Notes: generated from the sequence alone by a model not told the origin. A stretch of DNA of 63,825 nt, filler included, from Saprolegnia diclina VS20 (GCF_000281045.1; 15 parts of 4 records of this genome joined end to end with filler, not necessarily neighbours in it); one strand, 5' to 3'. Counted from the first letter of the whole stretch, positions 1 to 11,101 are shown. Made by a program: numbers and translations.

Positions 1-705
1 GGGTGGGACTCGGGCTCCGGCTCACACCCGTCGGATGAGCCGAGCGATGAGCCGAGTGACGAGCCGAGTGACGAGCCGAGTGACGAGCCGAGTGATGAAC
101 CTAGCGATGAGCCGAGTGACGAGCCGAGTGACGAGCCGAGCGATGAGCCGAGTGACGAGCCGAGTGACGAGCCGAGTGATGAACCGAGCGATGAGCCGAG
201 TGACGAGCCGAGTGACGAGCCGAGTGACGAGCCGAGTGATGAACCCAGCGATGAGCCGAGTGATGAGCCTTCGAACGATCCGACCGACGGCCCCACGGAT
301 ACCCCAACCGATGCGCCGACGGACGCTCCCAAGCCGACGCCGTCGCCATCGAGCCAGCCGGGCAACGGGTCGCCGATCCTGGTCAACTTGGCCGTGCCCG
401 ACCACGTTGGTGTCGACTGCCCTGGCATCCAGTCGCGCTTCCCGGCTGGCACGCTCTTCTGTGGCTCGCCCAAGCCGCCGGGGGCCAACATCTACACGCC
501 GTCGTGCGACCAGTCGATGACCGTGACGTGGCAGGGCAAGAGCGTCACGTGCGTCATTTCGTTCCAAGCATCGGGCGTCGGCTTGACGACCGACGCCTAC
601 GTCGAGCTTGTCCCCGAGGCCTACGCCGTGCTGACGGGCTCGACGCAGGGTGGCATCATCACGGGCGCGACCTGCAGTGGCGTCTGCAACGTCGCCCGGT
701 CGTAA
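1..705 (+). CDS. 5'-truncated, probably secreted protein: (SDEP)n linker plus C-terminal Cys-containing domain resembling a divergent DPBB (RlpA/expansin-D1-like) fold
   Basis: Frame 1 is open from base 1 ([18 protein letters not shown]...) into ORF 388..705. The C-terminal [19 protein letters not shown]...[14 protein letters not shown]...GII matches the DPBB pattern CG..I.VTY.GKSV...V.D.C...DLS..AF..L...G.I. Confidence 0.65.
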   Translation, partial: GWDSGSGSHPSDEPSDEPSDEPSDEPSDEPSDEPSDEPSDEPSDEPSDEPSDEPSDEPSDEPSDEPSDEPSDEPSDEPSDEPSDEPSDEPSNDPTDGPTDTPTDAPTDAPKPTPSPSSQPGNGSPILVNLAVPDHVGVDCPGIQSRFPAGTLFCGSPKPPGANIYTPSCDQSMTVTWQGKSVTCVISFQASGVGLTTDAYVELVPEAYAVLTGSTQGGIITGATCSGVCNVARS

Positions 706-899
706 ACCATCGAGTAATCCTTTGTGTTATATACCATCGTCGTCGTCACATGTAAATGAATATAAAACAACACCGACCGTGTTGTCCACTGAAAGACGTC
801 TCTGAGAGTTCTAGCATCGCTAGCAGTTGGCTTCTTGTGTTGTTGAAATGAGTTCTTAACATGCAATTATATACTAGTAGTGAAGATGGTGGACTTCCT

Positions 900-1500
900 A
901 ATGCGCTCGTGAGGTTTGGCCCAAGCTGAGGGCGCTTGGTCGGGGCTCAGGAGTTGGCTTCTTGCGTACTCCTACACGTTTGTTTGGTCATAAAGTGCAA
1001 CTGGTCAACCCTTGAACTGCGATCTTCTTGTCAATTACGCAAAAGGGCTAGGGTAGAACGTTTCGTGTTGCAGGCTCAGACATGTGTTTTCTGGTCGTCG
1101 GTGTTCATGATCGTGCACGTGGTGCGGTAATGGACCGGGACGCCAGCAGCTTCTCGCGCTGCTTGCTGAAGCTTCTGCCGTGTATCCCAGAATCATTTCA
1201 CTGCGTGCGGTCGTCACTGTCAGCATCTAGACACTGAGAGGAGGAGCTACAGTGCTGAGTGGTAGAGAGAATCCTGCAGCGATCTTGGAGTCCAACCGCT
1301 CCTCGGTGATCGAGGTAGAGTGGATGTACACTGCTCGCGCTTGCAGTCGGTACATACATCGCTCGGGAAGAGCTTGGAGTTACGTGCAACACTGTGGTGT
1401 GCGAGCAAGCAAGCCTGGGCGACAGAGGGAATCCTTGAGCATCTAGTACATGTGTATCGCTGATCCGTTCGACGGGTTATAGATGTGTACTAGGTTCCCG
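900..1500 (-). mobile_element. Possible highly decayed pogo/DDE_1 transposase remnant
   Basis: Minus-strand fragment NSKLFPSDV resembles the pogo T.KLQPLDV motif. No intact ORF or TIRs found. Confidence 0.2.
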
Positions 1501-1669
1501 TCGACCTTAGTAACGCCCCTTCCGATACATACGCGTGCAAAGTAGCGGACCGTGTGGACGTCAAGAAGCTTCGATCGCTCGTCGACAGCGTTCGGGTTCC
1601 AGGTGGTGCAAGCTGTAGCATTGGTCACGCCATGGCGATCCTTTGACGAGCACGACTTGTGGTGCAATG

Positions 1670-1685
1670 TCATTTTCATTTTTCC
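1670..1685 (+). promoter_or_regulatory. Oomycete INR/FPR core promoter
   Basis: TCATTTTCATTTTTCC just upstream of ATG 1694. Confidence 0.55.
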
Positions 1686-1693
1686 ACGCTTCC

Positions 1694-2836
1694 ATGCAAC
1701 GCTTCGTGTGCCTCACTGCTGTGCTCGCGGCCGGCGCCAACGCGGCGGCGCAGCCCGCGTGGCATGTGTGCCACCGCCAACACGATTCGTGCGCGACCAA
1801 GAACTGGGTGTGCTGCGTCGGCCCCGACGATCTTGTGAGCGGCAAGACGACGTGCCGCCCTTCGTGCGAAACGACGCCGCCACGCATGAAGCCGACTCGT
1901 ACGGAGGACTGCGACGGTGACGACGATGACGACGACTCGGGGTCCGACGAGCCAAGTGACGATGAGCCCTCGGACGAGCCTTCCGATGAGCCTTCCGATG
2001 AGCCTTCTGACGAGCCCAGCGATGACCCGAGTGACGGACCCAGTGACGAGCCTTCTGACGAGCCTTCAGATGAGCCCAGCGACGAACCCAGTGACGAACC
2101 CAGTGACGAGCCTTCTGACGAACCCAGCGATGAGCCGAGTGATGAGCCTACTGAAGAACCTTCCGACGAACCGAGTGAGGGACCCTCCGACTACCCCAGT
2201 GATGAGCCCAGTGACGAGCCCAGTGATGAGCCCAGTGACGAGCCTAGTGACGAGCCCAGTGACGAGCCTTCGGACGCGCCCAGTGACTACCCGTCCCAAG
2301 ACCCCGTCTACCCGACCGAAGACCCCAGTCCGTCGCCCTCNNNNNNNNNNNNNNNNNNNNNNNNNNNNNNNNNNNNNNNNNNNNNNNNNNNNNNNNNNNN
2401 NNNNNNNNNNNNNNNNNNNNNNNNNNNNNNNNNNNNNNNNNNNNNNNNNNNNNNNNNNNNNNNNNNNNNNNNNNNNNNNNNNNNNNNNNNNNNNNNNNNN
2501 NNNNNNNNNNNNNNNNNNNNNNNNNNNNNNNNNNNNNNNNNNNNNNNNNNNNNNNNNNNNNNNNNNNNNNNNNNNNNNNNNNNNNNNNNNNNNNNNNNNN
2601 NNNNNNNNNNNNNNNNNNNNNNNNNNNNNNNNNNNNNNNNNNNNNNNNNNNNNNNNNNNNNNNNNNNNNNNNNNNNNNNNNNNNNNNNNNNNNNNNNNNN
2701 NNNNNNNNNNTTCTACAACCCGACGATCCAGGCCGACGACTCGCTCGTGTGGTGCAACTACCTCGGCGGCAACGACAAGCCGATTCCGCGACCGCTCATC
2801 GACCAGAGCGCATTGGAGAAGAAACTCGTTGTCTAA
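1694..2836 (+). CDS. Secreted protein: signal peptide, small 6-Cys module, (SDEP)n linker, gap-interrupted C-terminal domain
   Basis: MQRFVCLTAVLAAGANAA signal; WHVC...DSC...WVCCVGPDDLVSGKTTCRPSC; SDEP repeats; N gap 2341-2710; C-terminus FYNPTIQADDSLVWCNYLGGNDKPIPRPLID ending at stop 2836. The join across the gap is inferred. Confidence 0.75.
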   Translation: MQRFVCLTAVLAAGANAAAQPAWHVCHRQHDSCATKNWVCCVGPDDLVSGKTTCRPSCETTPPRMKPTRTEDCDGDDDDDDSGSDEPSDDEPSDEPSDEPSDEPSDEPSDDPSDGPSDEPSDEPSDEPSDEPSDEPSDEPSDEPSDEPSDEPTEEPSDEPSEGPSDYPSDEPSDEPSDEPSDEPSDEPSDEPSDAPSDYPSQDPVYPTEDPSPSPXXXXXXXXXXXXXXXXXXXXXXXXXXXXXXXXXXXXXXXXXXXXXXXXXXXXXXXXXXXXXXXXXXXXXXXXXXXXXXXXXXXXXXXXXXXXXXXXXXXXXXXXXXXXXXXXXXXXXXXXXXXXFYNPTIQADDSLVWCNYLGGNDKPIPRPLIDQSALEKKLVV

Positions 2837-3935
2837 GAACGATTCATTTCTTATATATATTGATATTTACAAAATACGAGTCTTCTTTTCTTAGACTAAA
2901 TGGGCGTGACGTGTACGATGGCATTGGCGCTGCCGACATGGTAATCGACCAGTACATATTTATACAAGTTGCAGGGGGACTCGCCGAGGCGCCAGTCATC
3001 CGTGGTCCTAGTAAGGCGTCGAGTGCGTTGCTCGTTGGCAGGTGGCACAACACTGCGTCTGGGACGAGGCCAAGACACGGCGGAGATGCAGCGATGTAGG
3101 TACCGGTATCTACATACGCCTGGTCGTCGTGAGGATTCCGGCAAATGCCCCCGGGTTGTCGATTGTGTGCTGTGGTCTCGATCGCGCTCGGCGCGTCATG
3201 TACAGTTCAAGAGCATACACGGAAGCGACCTCCGTAACCTTTTCGCATAGTATGCTTTGCACACAGAGTAAGGAAGATGCAATCGCTCCTATTTGCTTGG
3301 TGTCGCACACGAAGCTGCATTACTCGATGCAAGACGGCCATGGGAGAAGGCGAGGTAGAAGGCTAGCGGTTACTATGCAGTCTCGACAGCAACATGTGTT
3401 TTGGTCGCAACAGCCTGCTTTGGAGCACACATGGGTCTCTGACGTACGCTGGATGTCCGAACCCTCAACCGGCGACGGCTCAACCGGCGTCACCCTCGGC
3501 CTGTGCGTGCAGCAGCGAGAATTGTGTTCCGGTACATACGAATCTTGCTCTTGCAACGACAAGTGTCAATGAGACCTCAAGCATCGGACGAAGAGAGGAC
3601 CTTGTTAGGCGTGAACGGCGTATCAGTCGCTCGCTGCATGACGTGGCAACTCGTCGCAGGCAACCTGGTTGCGTCGAAGATGGCGGTGTGTGGGGAAACC
3701 GCGGTCGCAACAGCTGACGGCTACGACTGAGCCTGTGCCTGGCGGTGTCGAAGATCACGTACACTGTATATCTTTGTGGTTGGAGCGATTTCGCAGTGTG
3801 TACCAAGGTCGATAGTCGGCCAGTTTCTATGGCACGATCGGTACCACCGCCTGTGATGACGCCAAGGACTTCGATCGCAACAACTGGTGCGTCCCACTCT
3901 GTCATCATTCGAGCTATCCGTGATGCGAACTGCTC

Positions 3936-3951
3936 TCACTTTTCCATTTGC
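3936..3951 (+). promoter_or_regulatory. Oomycete INR/FPR core promoter
   Basis: TCACTTTTCCATTTGC, 15 nt before ATG 3966. Confidence 0.65.
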
Positions 3952-3965
3952 CGCCATTCACATCC

Positions 3966-4681
3966 ATGAAGGCCGCCATTGTCGTATCCATCATGGCTGT
4001 GCTTGCCCACGCCCGCGACCACAACCCACCGCGCTTCCGTGCCGCGACGCCCTGCTCTGGGTCTGGCTCGGGATCGATCTGGGACTCTGACGACGGGTCT
4101 CGTGCTAGCATGTCGAGGTCGGGCTCGTCCTACGACTCGGGGTCGGCGTCCGACTGGGACTCTCAGTCTGGATCCAGGTCCGACTGGAACTCGGATTCGG
4201 CGTCAGGCTCGACCTCTAATTCGGATGGCTGCGATGACTCGGACGATAACTCGGGATCGACTGACTCGGCCTCCGGCTCGGACGACGATGTTCCGACACC
4301 TGCTCCGACGACACCGACGCCGTCCAGCGTTGCCCCCACCATGACCCCGACGCCGACGACGGTCAGCCCTACGTCACAGTCTGGCTCGGGCTCCGGGCAT
4401 CCGACACCAACGACGAGCTGCCGGCCGCTGCCACGTCCCACGTCAAGTGNNNNNNNNNNNNNNNNNNNNNNNNNNNNNNNNNNNNNNNNNNNNTTAATTA
4501 ATTAANNNNNNNNNNNNNNNNNNNNNNNNNNNNNNNNNNNNNNNNNNNNTTCTACAACCCGACGATCCAGGCCGACGACTCGCTCGTGTGGTGCAACTAC
4601 CTCGGCGGCAACGACAAGCCGATTCCGCGACCGCTCATCGACCAAGAGACGCTCAAGAAGAAGCTCGTGTCAGCGTATTGA
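3966..4681 (+). CDS. Secreted protein: signal peptide, Ser/Asp-rich and Pro/Thr linkers, gap-interrupted C-terminal domain paralogous to that of the 1694 gene
   Basis: MKAAIVVSIMAVLAHA signal. After the linker gap, 4549-4681 encodes FYNPTIQADDSLVWCNYLGGNDKPIPRPLIDQETLKKKLVSAY*, nearly identical in DNA to 2711-2836. Confidence 0.7.
4450..4548. other. Artificial contig linker (N-TTAATTAATTAA-N); 14 such linkers occur in the window
   Basis: Identical TTAATTAATTAA core flanked by N runs near 4494, 12480, 13916, 15803, 34822, 37431, 40353, 41991, 43623, 44927, 53835, 55365, 58796 and 62759. Confidence 0.97.
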
Positions 4682-5364
4682 TCGTGTTGGCCAATTCTTG
4701 TACAATTTCAGTAAACATAAATGCACATGTCGTACCCATTCAATGATATATATATACCCACGATGTACAGTTAACCCCAAGTGTAACACGTTTAAATCAA
4801 GATGGCCAGTGTCAACCATTCCACACTCGTCATGTGCCAGGCTAGATCGTCCTTTTGCATTGTGTCACATCGTAGCTAACCCGCCACACCACTCCCAATG
4901 GCTACCGCTCAATCGAGTCGTCCATACGTCCATCAAGTGTGCGGGGTCCGGCGTGTCCGGGCGCTCGGCGGCGTCGCGCCCGAGCCTCACTGCGCGACCG
5001 TGGGTTGTATCTAAGAGCTCCCAGCGACCAAGTGCGGGCATCAACTCCCGTGCCAAATCGGTTCCATGGGATGGCCATGTGTAAGCGCTCATCTGTCGTA
5101 TGGAGCGTTCTGGTTCACAAGTTATAAACCAGAACGCTACCTCGACAAAGTCGTTCTGGTTGATGACGACGTTGTCAACCATCGCACCGTGCCTCGACGC
5201 TGCCGTCGTTCCGACGCATCATACGAGCGAGCCATGACGTGAACAGGATGCAGCTGCCAAGAGAAGGTCACCGACGATTGCACGGCGCTGCTTTGGGTTG
5301 CTATCAATAGCTACACGAAACTAACATTTGTTAATTTGTCTTTGCCTTCTCAGTGGCGACGAGC

Positions 5365-7140
5365 ATGAACCGACTCGGTGCGCTTGTCACTGCCGTCCTG
5401 CACGGCCAGAAGCGCACCAACCCGATGACCATTCGTGTGCATACCAAGACGACCACACAAGGCGACATGATCGCAGTCAAGCCAGGTCCTTCCACGGCCG
5501 GTCCGACGCCGACCGATAAACAAGTGATGTGCACGGTGCAAGATGCGGTGCCTGTGAGCATCGATCCATCCGACCGCGCTAATGCACTCCACGTGGCGTC
5601 GCTCGGGGTCATTAGCGTCATGGGCGGTCAGTACTATGGCTGGAACGCGGCACTCTCGACAGGGTTCGTCCCCTATGTCGTCTCGCAAATCGTCATGGGG
5701 ATGACGTACGTCATCTACATGTCGTGCGCGGCCGAGATTTGCGGCAAAATCGCCTTTTCCGGTGGCTCGTACGGTCTCGCGCGCGTCACGCTTGGCTTCT
5801 ATGTCGGGTACTTGGTCGGGTGCATGGAGCTCCTCGAGTACGCCGCGTCGTCGTCCGTGTCGGTGAATTTCCTGGGCGAATTCATCACCGGCAAGCTAAA
5901 CTTGGACGTGCGCTACGAGCCGGTTGTTTGGCTGGTCTACTTTGTGCTTGTCAATGGCTTCTTCAAGCTCCGAGGTCAACTCATGTGGAACCTCTTGGTG
6001 GTGTTTGCCTTGCTCTGCGTCCTCCCCGCGGTTCTCTTTATCGCGGGCACGATACCGTTTGCAAATTTAGCGCAATATGGGTACGTGCTGAACAACGAGA
6101 CCGATCCTCCTACGCACATTTGGGCGAGTGGCAATCTTGCGACTGCGTACTTTGCGTGGTTGCCCTACACCACGTGGGCGTATGCAGGGGTCGAAAGTCT
6201 CTCGCTCGTCACCGACATGACGGGCGAGCCGAAGAAGGCGATTCCGCGTGGCATGCTCGGCGCTGTCTGGACGCTTTTTGTCCTCAACGTCTCAATGGTG
6301 TGTCTCGTCCCGTCGTTGCCACCAGGTATTGTCAGCGCCACCAGCGCCACGTACCCGCTCAACGCCGGTTTCGCCTTGGCGTACGGGAAGTCGGACACAC
6401 TGGGTGCCTGGCTCATCGTGCCGGCGCAAGTCGGGATGGCCGCGGGGTTTGTGCTTCCGTCGGCGCGGCTGTTGCAGGCGCTCGCCGACTCGACGCTCTT
6501 GCCCCAGTGGCTCGGGCTCAAGCAAACGGTGAGCGCAAATGGCGGTGGATCCTGGCGGGCGCTCACGCTTTCGTCTCTCTTTTCATTTCTCTTGTGCGTC
6601 TGCAGCTATGCGAGCCCGGCATTTTCGAGCGCGCTTCAAAATACCTTTTTGCTGGCGGGCTGCTTTAGCTACATCGCGCAAATGATTGGCTTCATCTTGC
6701 TTCGCACAACGTACAAAGCCGAGAGCCACGGATACAAGTCGCCATTTGGCGTACCCGGCGCGGTGTTTGCCTGCACTGTCTACTGCTTGTTGGGGCTCTC
6801 GATTGTCGGCGGGTTCCAGGGCGACAACGGCACGGCCGCCCTCGCAGGGTTGGCGTACGTGACACTCCTCACGGGATACTACTTCTACGCGTGCAAGGAC
6901 CGCCAAACGATTTCGAAAGACGAATATGCGTCCATCTTTCGCTTTACGATCATCAAATTCAACAATCTCAAACGAAAAGCCGCGCGGCGCGCCAAACACA
7001 AGGCGAAACCGAGTTTGTGGAAGCGATTCGCGGCAAAAGTGCGCCCGTCGACGTCGACGTCCAAGCCCAGCACCAAAATTGGGTACACGGACGTTGGCGT
7101 TGGTCACCCCAAGTTGCCACGTCCGGCGAGCCAAAAGTAG
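5365..7140 (+). CDS. APC-superfamily amino acid/amine permease (ethanolamine-transporter-like), copy 1
   Basis: Intronless, about 12 hydrophobic segments; motifs VMGGQYYGWN, GGSYG, WAYAGVE, YKSPFG. Confidence 0.9.
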   Translation: MNRLGALVTAVLHGQKRTNPMTIRVHTKTTTQGDMIAVKPGPSTAGPTPTDKQVMCTVQDAVPVSIDPSDRANALHVASLGVISVMGGQYYGWNAALSTGFVPYVVSQIVMGMTYVIYMSCAAEICGKIAFSGGSYGLARVTLGFYVGYLVGCMELLEYAASSSVSVNFLGEFITGKLNLDVRYEPVVWLVYFVLVNGFFKLRGQLMWNLLVVFALLCVLPAVLFIAGTIPFANLAQYGYVLNNETDPPTHIWASGNLATAYFAWLPYTTWAYAGVESLSLVTDMTGEPKKAIPRGMLGAVWTLFVLNVSMVCLVPSLPPGIVSATSATYPLNAGFALAYGKSDTLGAWLIVPAQVGMAAGFVLPSARLLQALADSTLLPQWLGLKQTVSANGGGSWRALTLSSLFSFLLCVCSYASPAFSSALQNTFLLAGCFSYIAQMIGFILLRTTYKAESHGYKSPFGVPGAVFACTVYCLLGLSIVGGFQGDNGTAALAGLAYVTLLTGYYFYACKDRQTISKDEYASIFRFTIIKFNNLKRKAARRAKHKAKPSLWKRFAAKVRPSTSTSKPSTKIGYTDVGVGHPKLPRPASQK

Positions 7141-7177
7141 TAAATTCGTGTTATGTCGAATATGGTATAGCTCATAA

Positions 7178-8278
7178 GGGTCGATTCAGAGTAACTCTTG
7201 GCAGCGGCTTTTTGAGAAAAATGAATTTCTCGGCCAATCAGAGGCCGTTCCAGCGCATCTCGATTTTTGGTTTTGAAAAGACCTAGGCGAGGTGTTTTGG
7301 GGCGTTTTGGCGCTTTTCAGCGCGATTTGGGGTCCCCGGAGTCGCTGCAGCAGAAAAGTAGCAAGTCAGAGTAAAATGTATGATCCATTTTGATTGGCTA
7401 GATCGACAACAAATATTCATTGGTGAGCATGGCTTGCCCCAGGGCGCCTCGTCAAGCCGCCGTTAGACCGAGCCGTCGTCGTGCGTGCTGTCGATGCCGT
7501 CACACGAGATAGGTGTACTGCACTCTGCAAGCGTAGAGCCACGAGCTTAACAATCGCAGCACTGACTTGCATCTCTGGGCCCGGAACGAGCGGGATCTAG
7601 CATCGCATCAGGGCTACGGCTATGCCTGACGTCTCGTTGGCGATAGCACTGAGCATGACGCGCGCCAAGCGCCCGCCATAGCGATACCCGTAGTCGCTAT
7701 TACAGCTGGAGGGTGGATCTATCTATGCGGATGCGTCCACCACCCTGCCCAAGGTGAAGCGCTCTTGAACAGGCGTGTCGTCGCCGCCACGTCGCCGCGC
7801 CGCACGCATGCTCATCATCCCTTCAAGCGCGCCCAACCACCGAGTATAAAACGGAATGTTTCTTAAAGCTGATTTAAACAGCTACTAGAATATCCGTGAA
7901 TAACTATGGTTCTGTTTCATTCATCAAGGTGCAACACTGCTATAAACTGTATTAAACTCCAATATTGGCACCTCAATATGGCGCCTCGGCCTCTTGTCCT
8001 GGTCGCTCGATTTTCAGCCAATGAAAAAAATACTTTGAAACAGCCAATCCATGTGAGCTAAATCTGAATTTCTACCAATAACATGCGTCAGAGCTTGTGT
8101 GATCCGACAGCCGCTGACCTGGAGGAAATCTCAAACTGGCCAATCAGCGATGGGAAACGCCATCTGTTGGTCTCCAGCCGAGAGCCGCACCTCACTGTCT
8201 CCGAGTCGCTGTAAGTTACTCTGCACAGCATCTGGCGATTTCAAAAGCCGCTGGCCCAAAGTTACTCTGAATCGACCC
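7178..8278. mobile_element. Non-autonomous PIF/Harbinger (Tourist-like) MITE, 1101 bp
   Basis: Imperfect TIRs GGGTCGATTCAGAGTAACT..TGG..CAGCGGCTTTT at both ends; TAA target-site duplication at 7175-7177 and 8279-8281; no long ORF. Confidence 0.85.
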
Positions 8279-9127
8279 TAAACGACTTGTGTATCGTGCG
8301 GCGGCTCTGTTGAAGGGAAATGCAAGTTGGCAGTAGTTCTCTGTCTGCTAGCTTGCTGCGAGGGACACGTGGAGATGATACTACTGAATGCAGAAGCAAA
8401 TGCTCGCGCCGGGCCGTTTTCAACGCGTAAATGAGCTGTTCCACTAGAGACTGAGCGAATCCAGAGCGAGCTCAAGATATTGCTGAATGTCTAAGGTCGG
8501 ACAAACCGCTAACTCGCCACTGGCACGGCGGACACCAGCACACGGTTCTTGCACCAAAGGAGTGATGGAGAAGGATTAAGTCTTATCGACGTGGCGCCTT
8601 GGTTTTTGAAGGCTATGACACCAAGAATATATGGCTGGCGCCAGAAATGGTGCTCGGCTTTCTGTACGATGTGTGCCACATGAACCATTTTAAAGATCTA
8701 CGGTGTCCACTCGATCGCGTTCAAAGGGGTCACATGCTCCCTCGTCAAGCCAAGCCCGGCATATCTCTCCATTAGCTAATAGTTTTTGCAGCCACAGTAC
8801 ACGCTGAGTACACGCCGTGCATCATACCTTAACGGCTGGGTGATCGTCATTGATGATATATGAAGCCCAACGTGTAAAACTGCGCAAGGAGTATGTTTTG
8901 GCAGTTGGTCAAGAGACAAAATGCCAGTGCCGCGATACTCCAACTCGTCGTGTAGCTCCTCACTCGTGTGCAAAATACCTGGTCAATCGTGTCAGTGATT
9001 CCTCCCACAACGCTCTTCAGTAGCTTCGACGAGCGGCCAAACCACTGCAAACCCCGACGATGTAGTACAGTCTACTGTTCGTTTCACATTGCCCTTTTTA
9101 CATTTTCAAAACTACCTGAAACCAGCT

Positions 9128-10831
9128 ATGCTCGCCTCGATCAAAGGTGCGACGGGCCAAGTGATCAAGGTCCACCCGCAACCGACAGCCGAGGCTGCCC
9201 ACCCCGAGGCTGCCAATGCCATCATGTGCAAGGTCAACGACGTGGCGGTGGCCGACGTCGCGCCGCGCGACCGCGCAACTGCGTTGCATGTCTGCTGTCA
9301 CGGCCTTGTGAGCGTCATGGCTGGACAGTACTATGGGTGGAACGCCGCCTTGGCGACGGGCTTTGGGCCCTATGTCGCGTCACAGCTCGTCATGAGTGTC
9401 ACGTACGTCATCTACATGTCGTGCGCGGCTGAAATCTGCGGCAAAATCGCCTTCTCGGGCGGCACGTACGGCTTGTCGCGGGTCACCTTGGGGTACTATT
9501 GCGGCTACATGGTCGGGTTCCTTGAGCTCCTCGAGTACACAGCGTCAACCGCCGTCTCGGTCCTCTTTATTGGCGAGCTTTTCACGAGCGACCTCGGCTG
9601 GGACAAGCGCTTCGAGCCGTTGATCTGGCTCGCTTGCTATGCATCGTTCGTGGCATTTTACTCGCTTCCGGGACGCATCATGTGGAACGCTTCGATAGGC
9701 TTTGCACTGCTGTGCTATGCCCCGGCCGTGCTCTACATTTTTGGGAGCCTCAAATTCGCCAACCTCCGTCAATTTGGCTATTTGTTGGACCCGGTCGACA
9801 ACACGACGCATGTCTGGGCCTCGGGAGATATCTCAAGTGCATATTTTGCATGGCTGCCGTACACAACATGGGCATTTGCCGGCATCGAGTGTCTCTCGCT
9901 CGTGACCGATATGACGGTGCAGCCAAAGACGACGATTCCGCGCGGTATCCTTGGCGCCGTCGCCCTCCTCTTTCTCTCAAACGTCGGCATGGTGTGCCTT
10001 GTGCCATCGCTGCCCCCAGGAATTGCGGCCGCGACGACGGTCATGTATCCGCTCAACAACGGTCTCGCGATGGCGTACGGCATTTCTGAAGGCGTTGGCA
10101 CGTGGCTGCTCTTGCCCGCGCACATGGGCATGGCTGCTGGGTTTGTCTTGCCATGTGGGCGATTGATTCAAGCGCTGGCCGACTCGACGCTGCTACCGCC
10201 ATGGCTCGGGCTCAAGAATTTGGGGCACCGCGGACTGACGCGCGCCATGATCCTCTCGTGTGGCTTTGGCTACGTTCTCTGCATTTTGAGCTACTTTAGC
10301 CAGGACTTTTGCAGCGCACTCCAAAATATGTTTCTTCTCGTTGGCTCGTTGTGCTATGGCGCCCAGCTGCTCGGGTTCATCTTGCTACGGACAACGTACA
10401 AGGCCGAAAGCAACGGGTTCAAAGCCCCGTTTGGCTTGACCGGCGCCGTCTTTGCCATGGTCGTTTACAGTCTGCTAGCGATCTCGATCATTGGTGGGTT
10501 TCAAAATGATCATGGCACCGCGGGGCTCGCCGCGCTCGGGTACTGCCTCTTGCTGACGGGGTACTACTACTATGCGTGCAAGGACCGGCAGACCATCTCG
10601 AAAGACGAATATGCCTCGATTTTCCGCTTTACCATCATTAAATTCAACAATCTCAAACGAAAAGCCGCGCGACGCGCCCAGCGCAAGCCCCGTTTCTGGC
10701 ACAGAGTCGTGTCATTGCTACGGTCGTCGTCGACACTCCTCTCGACCAATCGCGTGAGCTACATCAACGTTGGCGTGCGCCAAGGGAGCGCACCACGTCG
10801 CCCGGCACCGCCCTACCCCGCAACACGATAG
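9128..10831 (+). CDS. APC-superfamily permease, copy 2
   Basis: Clear paralog of 5365..7140 (MAGQYYGWN, WAFAGIE, ACKDRQTISKDEYASIFRF). Confidence 0.9.
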   Translation: MLASIKGATGQVIKVHPQPTAEAAHPEAANAIMCKVNDVAVADVAPRDRATALHVCCHGLVSVMAGQYYGWNAALATGFGPYVASQLVMSVTYVIYMSCAAEICGKIAFSGGTYGLSRVTLGYYCGYMVGFLELLEYTASTAVSVLFIGELFTSDLGWDKRFEPLIWLACYASFVAFYSLPGRIMWNASIGFALLCYAPAVLYIFGSLKFANLRQFGYLLDPVDNTTHVWASGDISSAYFAWLPYTTWAFAGIECLSLVTDMTVQPKTTIPRGILGAVALLFLSNVGMVCLVPSLPPGIAAATTVMYPLNNGLAMAYGISEGVGTWLLLPAHMGMAAGFVLPCGRLIQALADSTLLPPWLGLKNLGHRGLTRAMILSCGFGYVLCILSYFSQDFCSALQNMFLLVGSLCYGAQLLGFILLRTTYKAESNGFKAPFGLTGAVFAMVVYSLLAISIIGGFQNDHGTAGLAALGYCLLLTGYYYYACKDRQTISKDEYASIFRFTIIKFNNLKRKAARRAQRKPRFWHRVVSLLRSSSTLLSTNRVSYINVGVRQGSAPRRPAPPYPATR

Positions 10832-11101
10832 TCCGATACCTCAGGTTGCGTATTTGTGTAGTATCTTTGTATAGCACCACAATGAGATCTCTATTAGACT
10901 CACTTTAACAATAAGATCTCTATCGTATATGCAGTGTTTTGTGGTCGACTAGTACGTGACACGAGGCACACGGCGATGACGCGCGTGCATCATCGCCGAG
11001 GTTGTCGGCATCGAAATGCACACGCAATGTCGATCTTTGCGGCTTGGGGCCCTTCTGCCAGTGGCTACTTTGCTTGAAAACACCACGCCAGTCGTTGCAA
11101 A

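Noticed and set aside
30..270. 12-bp periodic repeats (also 1945-2290 and 27980-28330) as a CRISPR array or satellite
   Set aside because: No unique spacers; variation is mostly at synonymous positions of in-frame SDEP codons.
8300..8990. Possible Tc1/IS630 or Fanzor/TnpB remnant (also 18660-19080 and 43700-44880)
   Set aside because: Only vague fragments; no RuvC, zinc-finger or DDE motif set I could support.
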